From NCBI GenBank assembly GCA_964481305.1, contig CAYZTF010000001.1, positions 3,575 through 32,456 of the forward strand: 28,882 bases of DNA, written 5' to 3'. Source of the DNA: an uncultured Candidatus Bathyarchaeia archaeon (GTDB lineage: Archaea > Thermoproteota > Bathyarchaeia > RBG-16-48-13 > JAGMEO01). A program made the translations under genes and the position numbers. Shown here one piece after another: positions 1 through 6,039 of this stretch (position 1 is its first letter; every line of letters begins with the position of its first letter). Under the pieces are notes generated by a model, which saw nothing but the letters and a program-made list of their open reading frames with translations, was not told where the DNA came from and did not search any database.

Positions 1-294
1 AAGATCAGGATAATGCGTTTGGGCAAAAACGTTGTTCACGAAAGCCCCTTTTGTAGAAATTGTGGTAAACGCATGAAATCTATGGGGAGGAGCAAAGGGT
101 ACAGGTGCCCCAAGTGTGGACAGCGCGATCCTAAGGCAGAAAAACTTTTGAGTGAAGTGGAACGCGACGTCTCGCTGGGTTTACATATTCCTCCGCCAAG
201 AGCGCAGAGGCATCTGACGAAGCCCCTTTCCCGATACGGCATTGAAAAAACCGGACTAGCGGTGGCTCCTAGAGAGCCTTGGCATTATCCCTGA
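1..294 (+). CDS. tiaS: tRNA(Ile2) agmatinylcytidine synthetase, C-terminal part (5' truncated by window edge)
   Basis: Frame open from base 1. Zn-ribbon PFCRNCGKRMKSMGRSKGYRCPKCG and PPPRAQRHLTKP match the TiaS C-terminus. Confidence 0.88.
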   Translation, partial: KIRIMRLGKNVVHESPFCRNCGKRMKSMGRSKGYRCPKCGQRDPKAEKLLSEVERDVSLGLHIPPPRAQRHLTKPLSRYGIEKTGLAVAPREPWHYP

Positions 295-367
295 CTGCTC
301 CAGACTACGGAAGAGCTTCCAGAAAACTAACTATCGATTAAAGAGTGGTTTCATCTTCATAGGAAGT

Positions 368-375
368 TTAAAGTA
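368..375 (+). promoter_or_regulatory. putative TATA box for the Lrp/AsnC gene
   Basis: TTTAAAGT after a purine-rich BRE-like stretch, about 40 nt upstream of ATG 411. Confidence 0.45.
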
Positions 376-410
376 TTGAATACGGCCATATTATCCTTGA
401 GGCTAGGAAC

Positions 411-644
411 ATGTCTGTGAGAGCTTACATTCTCATAACTACGAGGCCCGGAACTTCGGAAACCGTCTCCCAAGATCTCAGGAAGATTAAAGGAATACTC
501 AAAGCCGAATCCGTTTACGGTAGGTTTGACGTAATAGCTTTGGCCGAGGCGAAGGATCACAAGACGCTTAACGAGATCGTCTACAAGAGCGTCGGAGCGA
601 ATCCAAAAGTAATCCACTCAGAGACCTGCGTCGTCCTGTTCTAG
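411..644 (+). CDS. Lrp/AsnC ligand-binding (RAM) domain protein, no HTH
   Basis: 77 aa; VRAYILI..PG....V...L..I.G......VYGRFDVIA pattern of stand-alone RAM domains. Confidence 0.88.
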   Translation: MSVRAYILITTRPGTSETVSQDLRKIKGILKAESVYGRFDVIALAEAKDHKTLNEIVYKSVGANPKVIHSETCVVLF

Positions 645-666
645 AGACGTAAAGATTTCATGATAT

Positions 667-1059
667 CTACTTCTCGCTCAGCTTTTCAGCTATGGTTTTT
701 AGCTCGCCACTCTCTAGAACCCGAATTGCGGTCTTCAGCCTCACGCGCAACCCCAGTCTTCCGAGAAGCCAGTAAAGTTGTTCACCACTGATCGAACCTT
801 TAAGATCTCCTGAAGCGATCAGTCTAGCTAAAACTTCTCCTAAGTTTGCCATGACTGTTGGAAACTGTTGGGCCGCCGTGTCCCAGATTTCAGGAGCTCG
901 GCCTACAAAGACCTCGCCCAGGATCGCTCGCGTGTCCAGCTTATCGATCGACTTTTCTTTAGTCTCTTTCAATAGATTGGCTCTCTGCATCTCTAAGAGC
1001 TTTCTACGCCTCAAAAGTTCAAGATCACGATCCGCTGTCAATTGATTCGCCTGAAACAC
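667..1059 (-). CDS. PDCD5-like dsDNA-binding family protein
   Basis: DRDLELLRRRKLLEMQ N-terminal helix and ISGEQLYWLLGRLG motif. Start is GTG 1059 or TTG 1041. Confidence 0.7.
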   Translation of the reverse strand: MFQANQLTADRDLELLRRRKLLEMQRANLLKETKEKSIDKLDTRAILGEVFVGRAPEIWDTAAQQFPTVMANLGEVLARLIASGDLKGSISGEQLYWLLGRLGLRVRLKTAIRVLESGELKTIAEKLSEK

Positions 1060-1255
1060 AGTTAGATGTCATCCAGGAACTAGAAACCGAGCTTTAAACT
1101 ATCTGGGAAAATACATTAGAAACGTCTACCGTGCTTCCCAAATACGAGGTGGAAAGAATAGAGGCATACACCGTCTCCGCACAACGTTTAAATTTTTGGT
1201 AAAGTTAAGTTTGTTGGTTAGTTCTAAGAGACAAAGACAAAGAACTAATCTGCGC

Positions 1256-1349
1256 AGCGGGGTGGGGTAGTCAGGCTTAACCCGCAGGGCTCATAAGCTA
1301 TCTCTGAGAGACCCTGAGATCGGTAGTTCAAATCTACTCCCCGCTACCA
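1256..1349 (+). tRNA. initiator tRNA-Met (CAT) with a 15-nt intron at 37/38 (1296-1310); CCA encoded
   Basis: AGCGGGG/CCCCGCT acceptor stem with A1:U72, three G-C pairs in the anticodon stem, TTCAAAT T-loop. BHB central helix CTCA/TGAG with 3-nt bulges. Confidence 0.95.
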
Positions 1350-1410
1350 ATATCCTAGATAACTACTTTCTCATAATCGAAGACCTAGGCCACAGGAACT
1401 TTCAAGAATT

Positions 1411-1418
1411 TTTAAATA
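1411..1418 (+). promoter_or_regulatory. TATA box of tRNA-Ile
   Basis: TTTAAATA ending 27 nt upstream of the mature 5' end. Confidence 0.6.
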
Positions 1419-1444
1419 AGCGACCTCTTCAATTACGATTGCTG

Positions 1445-1561
1445 GGGCCGGTAGCTCAGCTTGGTTAGAACTCCATGACCAAAGCGTTCGGCTGATAACC
1501 GAAATGGCTCTACAAAGAGCCACGGTATAGGTCGAGAGTCCAAATCTCTCCCGGCCCACCA
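1445..1561 (+). tRNA. tRNA-Ile (GAT) with two non-canonical introns: 22/23 (1469-1482) and 43/44 (1504-1528); CCA encoded
   Basis: GGGCCGG/CCGGCCC acceptor, TTCGG/CCGAA anticodon stem. Removing both inserts restores the D-stem GCTC/GAGC and variable loop AGGTC. The second intron has a perfect BHB (ACCG/CGGT plus TGGCTCT/AGAGCCA). Confidence 0.93.
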
Positions 1562-1960
1562 CAGATCTTTTCCTCTCACTGCTTGTATTCCTTTATTCTG
1601 ATGAGCCTATATATAGCCCCCCCACCCCCCATGCAAAAGAGAGGGGGTCACGGATCGTCAGCCTTATTCCCCGGCAACTTCAACCTCCTCTGACGTAGAA
1701 GCGCCTCAGGCCCTTAATCAAAACAGATTATCTTGCGCAAATCAGGAACAACGCGTGATGCCCTCTCACAATTTTGCCAAACACAAAAAAGAACGAGTGC
1801 AAAGATTTATGGGCGACAGCCCCCTTAATGGCAGCGTCTAGAACTTCTACCAGCCAACGATCTTCCAGTCTAATAGTTTTTGTCTGAGCGACGAACGATT
1901 CCAGACAGCTTTATGAATAAGTATAATTGCTGGAGAAGACAATAAAAATCCAAAGCAGTC

Positions 1961-2085
1961 GGGCCGGTAGTTCAGCTTGGTATGAATGGCAAACTTTAAG
2001 GCTGGGTTGCCAGTGTAAACGCCGCCTTCGCATACTGGATCGAAATAGGCGGAAGCCGCGGGTTCAAATCCCGCCCGGTCCACCA
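1961..2085 (+). tRNA. tRNA-Ala (CGC) with introns at 23/24 (1986-2018) and 37/38 (2033-2046); CCA encoded
   Basis: G3:U70 identity pair, CCGCC/GGCGG anticodon stem. BHB helices TTCG/CGAA (anticodon intron) and TGGCAA/TTGCCA (D-arm intron). Confidence 0.93.
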
Positions 2086-2164
2086 ACTGAAGTTACTTAG
2101 GATAGCGTTTATTTGATTAGACCAAAGTTGAATTCAAATCTTCCTTTCATGTTTAATCTCAAAG

Positions 2165-2170
2165 TTTAAG
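2165..2170 (+). promoter_or_regulatory. TATA box of tRNA-Leu
   Basis: AAAG-TTTAAG about 30 nt upstream of the mature 5' end. Confidence 0.5.
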
Positions 2171-2200
2171 AGGGCAACGATTCAACTTTTCAGCTTGGTC

Positions 2201-2340
2201 GCGAGGGTCGCCGAGCCAGGTCAAAGACGACTCAACAAGTCGTTGAAAGCGCTGGACTTAAGATCTATAGTAAGATTGGGCTCAGATACGATATCCAGCG
2301 GCGTAGGCCTTCGTGGGTTCGAATCCCACCCCTCGCACCA
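2201..2340 (+). tRNA. tRNA-Leu (TAA) with introns at 23/24 (2227-2248) and 37/38 (2263-2292); CCA encoded
   Basis: GCGAGGG/CCCTCGC acceptor, long variable arm GGC-GTAG-GCC, CTGGA/TCCAG anticodon stem. D-arm BHB TCAA/TTGA plus CGACT/AGTCG. Confidence 0.93.
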
Positions 2341-2392
2341 TTTTCCGCCATGATGAAATAGGAGAACCGAATCCAAACAAGTGGAACAAGTT

Positions 2393-2594
2393 TGGTGGGG
2401 CCGGAGAGATTTGAACTCTCGGCATTCGGGTCTCACCGCTCCAGAACCTCTTCATCCCACAGAGGTGGTCCGTACCCATGAATTATCATTCATGCTCTGG
2501 AGCCCGACCTTATGCTCGGAGACCACATCTCCGAGTGTCATACCTAGTTAGAGTCCGCCCATGAAAGCCATAGGCATTCACGGTCCACGGCCCC
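2393..2594 (-). tRNA. tRNA-Trp (CCA) with three introns: 10/11 (2553-2584, 32 nt), 25/26 (2509-2536, 28 nt), 37/38 (2432-2496, 65 nt); CCA encoded
   Basis: Spliced product GGGGCCGTGGTCTAACTAGGTATGACGTCGGGCTCCAGACCCGAATGCCGAGAGTTCAAATCTCTCCGGCCCCACCA folds as a canonical cloverleaf. Each insert is bounded by BHB-type motifs. Confidence 0.92.
2432..2496 (-). ncRNA. putative C/D-box guide RNA inside the tRNA-Trp anticodon intron (guide for Cm34)
   Basis: C'-like GATGAAGA, then guide TCTGGAGC (complement of G31-A38), then D-like GTGA. The N+5 rule lands on C34. Confidence 0.7.
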
Positions 2595-2629
2595 AACCGG
2601 CCCCGATCAGATTACAGAGATGGCCATTT

Positions 2630-2637
2630 TTATTAAA
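2630..2637 (-). promoter_or_regulatory. TATA box of tRNA-Trp
   Basis: TTTAATAA on the minus strand, predicting a start near 2606 and a leader of about 12 nt. Confidence 0.5.
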
Positions 2638-2672
2638 CTTTTTCAATAACAGCTAATAAAAGAACCGAAACG

Positions 2673-2678
2673 TTTAAG
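2673..2678 (+). promoter_or_regulatory. TATA box of 5S rRNA
   Basis: CGAAACG-TTTAAG ending 25 nt upstream of 5S. Confidence 0.6.
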
Positions 2679-2702
2679 CCTCCTCTTACATTCAAAGGTA
2701 TC

Positions 2703-2829
2703 GCCTGCCGGTCACAGGAGCACGAAATAAATAGCACCCGTTCCCGTTCCGAACACGGAAGTTAAGTCGAGCTCCGCTGAGCCATTAGTGCAGTGCGGAA
2801 GCCTGCGCGAGATCTCGGTGCTGGCAGGC
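2703..2829 (+). rRNA. rrf: 5S rRNA, unlinked from 16S/23S
   Basis: Terminal helix GCCTGCC/GGCAGGC. Conserved CACCCG-TTCCCGTTCCGAACACGGAAGTTAAG core and GCGAGA loop. Confidence 0.95.
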
Positions 2830-2903
2830 ACCCACTCACAACACTACTTAAACTTTATAACCAGCCTGCCAATCTATTCTGAAAAAGCTCTGGGGCGCAT
2901 CTA

Positions 2904-4022
2904 ATGAACGCTTTACCTGTTCAACAGTTAGGAGACGGGTCACCGCTAGGCTACATCTTCAACCTTCTCTACCTTCTGCTCTTTGTATTCTTCATGCTAT
3001 ATGGTCAGAAACTGCAGGTATGGACGATGCTCAGAGAGATAGGCAGCGCTATGAACGAGCTTAAACGCTTTAGAGACGACGCACAGAACGTCGCCGTCTC
3101 CGTTGTCAGAGAAGCCGATAAGACCGCCGCCGACCCGACGCCAAGAATAAACCAGTATCTAGAATACTTCACCACCATACCCATCGACATCGACCCGTCA
3201 GGAATCGTCCCAAAAATCGAACACATCCTCGACGTGAGGGATCAGAGGCTTAAGGACGAGGTCAAGCTCCTCGCACCTTCAGCCGACACAACTCAAATAG
3301 AGGATCTTGAAGGCGTTCTGGAGGTTGCGCTCGCCTTGAACTATATCTACCGGGTAGTAAAGCACTACTACCTCCTAGGAAAGAAGATGATGAGCTACAT
3401 GGTCATCATGCAGATCCAAATGCAGCTGCCTCTCATAATGCAAGAAGCCAAGGCTTATTCGAATGCCGTTAGAGCCTTTGCCTACGGACAGCCCATAGGA
3501 GATGGGGCTGGGGCGCTGGTCGCAGCGAAGATGATGCAAGGAACCAAGTCCGAGGAGGTTGCCAAGGACATCGTTGCAGCAGAGGTCCCTGTAGAGGGCA
3601 GGAGGGCTTTTATTCTGAAGGCGAGAGGACCTGGAGCGAACATCGGCAAATACGGCGACGCGGTTCAAAACATAATCAAAAAGTGCAGAAAGAAGGTTGC
3701 GATGGTCATCATGATAGATGCGGCCTTAAAGTATGAGGGAGAGAAGACAGGAGACACGGCTGAAGGAGTTGGCACGGCCATCGGCGGAATCGGGGTAGAT
3801 CGTTTCAAGATTGAGGAAACGGCCACAAAGTTCAAGCTTCCTCTAAACGCGGTGATAATCAAAGAGTCGGTTGAAGAGTCCGTGGCGCCGATGACGAAGG
3901 AAATAGTTGATGGTGTTCAAACCGCAATTGCGAGGATCAAGAGGCTCATAAACGAGCGGACTAAGAAAGACGACATTGTTATCGTCGTCGGCGTTGGAAA
4001 CACCGTTGGAATCGGGCAGTGA
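2904..4022 (+). CDS. DUF1512 family conserved archaeal membrane-anchored protein
   Basis: 372 aa. N-terminal TM helix, PIDIDPSGIVPKIEHILD, GQPIGDGAG, IDAALKYEGE, C-terminal VGVGNTVGIGQ. Confidence 0.85.
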   Translation: MNALPVQQLGDGSPLGYIFNLLYLLLFVFFMLYGQKLQVWTMLREIGSAMNELKRFRDDAQNVAVSVVREADKTAADPTPRINQYLEYFTTIPIDIDPSGIVPKIEHILDVRDQRLKDEVKLLAPSADTTQIEDLEGVLEVALALNYIYRVVKHYYLLGKKMMSYMVIMQIQMQLPLIMQEAKAYSNAVRAFAYGQPIGDGAGALVAAKMMQGTKSEEVAKDIVAAEVPVEGRRAFILKARGPGANIGKYGDAVQNIIKKCRKKVAMVIMIDAALKYEGEKTGDTAEGVGTAIGGIGVDRFKIEETATKFKLPLNAVIIKESVEESVAPMTKEIVDGVQTAIARIKRLINERTKKDDIVIVVGVGNTVGIGQ

Positions 4023-4029
4023 AAAAAAG

Positions 4030-4437
4030 ATGTCTTCGGAAAAGAGAAGCGTCTCTCTTGTCCTCATCCTCATCATAGTGAGCGTCGTAATCATGATATT
4101 CTTGGCGACGCAATCGTTAAGTGCGGCATACATGTATTATCAGCAAGGTCGTATTGATCAGGTCGGATACAACTTGATGTATGGAATAATCGGGGTCGCT
4201 CTCTCCTTGTACACAGTTGCGCAATTCAGAAGAAGAGGCCATTCTAGACCCATTAAAGAACCTGACGTCATGACCATTGCGGAATGTCAGAAATGCGATT
4301 TCAAGAACGTCAGAAAATTCGCTAAGGGAGACTACGTTATGAAGACGACTGAAGAGTGCCCAAAATGCAAGGAGCCCATGACCATCACATCAATCTACCA
4401 AATCGAGGATAAAACTAAGAAACCGGAAGAACTCTAG
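4030..4437 (+). CDS. small membrane protein with a C-terminal Zn ribbon
   Basis: ATG 4030 just after the DUF1512 stop. Two hydrophobic helices, then CQKC...CPKC. Confidence 0.8.
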   Translation: MSSEKRSVSLVLILIIVSVVIMIFLATQSLSAAYMYYQQGRIDQVGYNLMYGIIGVALSLYTVAQFRRRGHSRPIKEPDVMTIAECQKCDFKNVRKFAKGDYVMKTTEECPKCKEPMTITSIYQIEDKTKKPEEL

Positions 4438-5333
4438 AGCGTCGTAACGATACAACCATTCCTTGTTACAACCACCGTGTGTTCGGCTTGAGCAACCATC
4501 GCACCGCTTTTTTCTACAAGTACAGGGTAGCTGACGACGTTCTTACTTGATAGCAGTGTTGAAAAAGCGATTTTGAAGTCTTCTGATGGAAGCTCGTTCA
4601 CAATCCATCTTTCTGAAAAAGGCAGATTTCTAAATTTGGATTTTATTGCCTCGAAAAGCTTTCTAGCGGCTTCATCTTTCGGAGGCTTGTCCTTATGAAT
4701 CCTGTAGATGTAGGCCTCACTTGCACTCCGAATCTCGCCAGCTGCACTCGGCAAAGTAGTGAATGGTTCGATTGCATAAACCTCGCCTTCGTCCAATTTT
4801 GAGCCGTCAAGTCTCCCTACGTTTGGGACAGACTTGCCTGTATGAAGCATAAATCTGCCGAGCTGATGGCCCGAAAGGTTCCAAACGATCCTGAAGCCGT
4901 TACGTTTCGCCGCGCCTTCAATTGCGTCACCGACCTCTGAAGCCTTGATACCTGACCGAACAATTTTTATTGCCCGTTCCAATCCTTCGTCCGCCGACCG
5001 AATCATATCCTCATGTTCAGCGCTGAAGCCTATCGACGTAGCCGTGTCTGCGATGTAGCCGTCAACGTGAACGCCTATGTCGATCTTAACGAGGGCGCCT
5101 TCAGGTATGATGAGTCTGTCGTTTGGAGGAGACGAGTAATGAGCAGCCACGTCATTCATGCATACGTTGCAAGGAAAGGCGAGAGCTCCCCCTTTATTTT
5201 CAATGGCGCGCTCAAGCTTTTCGCATATCTGAAGCACTGATTCACCGACCCTCACGACGGATCTTGCTTCCTTCCGAACCTCGCTAGCTATACGCCCTGC
5301 CTTGCGGTAAGCCTTCAAAACCCCTTCGTCCAT
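4434..5333 (-). CDS. map: methionine aminopeptidase type II
   Basis: AFPCN, AAHYS, KIDIGVHVDGYIADTA, NLSGH, YAIEPF, AQAEHTV metal-site motifs. Confidence 0.96.
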   Translation of the reverse strand: MDEGVLKAYRKAGRIASEVRKEARSVVRVGESVLQICEKLERAIENKGGALAFPCNVCMNDVAAHYSSPPNDRLIIPEGALVKIDIGVHVDGYIADTATSIGFSAEHEDMIRSADEGLERAIKIVRSGIKASEVGDAIEGAAKRNGFRIVWNLSGHQLGRFMLHTGKSVPNVGRLDGSKLDEGEVYAIEPFTTLPSAAGEIRSASEAYIYRIHKDKPPKDEAARKLFEAIKSKFRNLPFSERWIVNELPSEDFKIAFSTLLSSKNVVSYPVLVEKSGAMVAQAEHTVVVTRNGCIVTTL

Positions 5334-5499
5334 TAAGACCAGCCCCTCAAAGGGCGTCGAACACTTATATTACCTGAAAATGCCTTAAAAACTAGAGCCA
5401 TAACGTATGAAGCCGAGAAAGTCTTCCAATCCGCTAGGAAAAGGCCCGCTATTGCCCAAGCCGTGAAGCCCGAATAGTGGATGAGGATTGTTGGAGATT

Positions 5500-6039
5500 A
5501 TGCCGAGCCTTCATGAGACAAAACGTAAGTTCTCCCGCGTTGTTTTAGCAGGAACCTTCGATCAGTTACACAAGGGCCATAAGACCCTTATCGCCAAAGC
5601 TCTGGAGATAGGGGATCACGTCCTTCTCGGACTGACGACGAACAATATGGCTAAGCGCTTAAAGAAACATCAGGTAGAACTATTTGACGAGAGGAAGAAG
5701 GCACTCGAAAACTTCCTGAGGAAGATTCACGCCCTAGAGAGAACTAAGATTGTTCCTATAGATGATCCCTACGGACCTACGTTGACAATGGACGACATTC
5801 AAGCGATCGTGGTAAGTAAAGAAACGGCTCCAAGGGCCAAGGAAATAAACATCCTTAGACGGGAAAGAGGCCTAAAAGCCCTCGAGATTGTGGTTATAGA
5901 CATGGTGCTTGCGGAGGATATGAAACCTATCTACTCAACGCGAATTCACATGGGAGAAATAAATGAGAACGGTCGGCTGCTTCGATCAAGAACCGAATCA
6001 AGTTCCAATGTACAGCATCAAGAAAACAATACCGACTAA
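5500..6039 (+). CDS. coaD: archaeal phosphopantetheine adenylyltransferase
   Basis: GTFDQLHKGH, DPYGP, IVVSKET, YSTRI. ATG 5500 follows GGAG; TTG 5488 is an alternative start. Confidence 0.88.
   Translation: MPSLHETKRKFSRVVLAGTFDQLHKGHKTLIAKALEIGDHVLLGLTTNNMAKRLKKHQVELFDERKKALENFLRKIHALERTKIVPIDDPYGPTLTMDDIQAIVVSKETAPRAKEINILRRERGLKALEIVVIDMVLAEDMKPIYSTRIHMGEINENGRLLRSRTESSSNVQHQENNTD

Noticed and set aside
1598-1605. CTGATGAG as a hammerhead ribozyme core
   Set aside because: No stem II followed by GAAA and no matching cleavage-site helices.
1615-1651. GCCCC...GGGGGTCAC as an IS200/IS605 right end
   Set aside because: The palindrome is imperfect and there is no tnpA/tnpB remnant or left end nearby.
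2271-2277. Nested intron in tRNA-Leu using TAAG paired with CTTA
   Set aside because: That cut leaves a remainder with no second BHB, so it cannot give a mature anticodon loop.
2350-2392. Perfect C box ATGATGA between tRNA-Leu and tRNA-Trp as a C/D sRNA
   Set aside because: Only a CCGA D'-like element follows; there is no D box before the tRNA-Trp 3' end.
1371-2479. ORFs 1371-1562, 1847-2086, 2221-2436 and 2282-2479
   Set aside because: They overlap well-supported tRNA genes and show no protein motifs.
5407-5466. 19-codon uORF upstream of coaD
   Set aside because: Too short, with no motif or other support.
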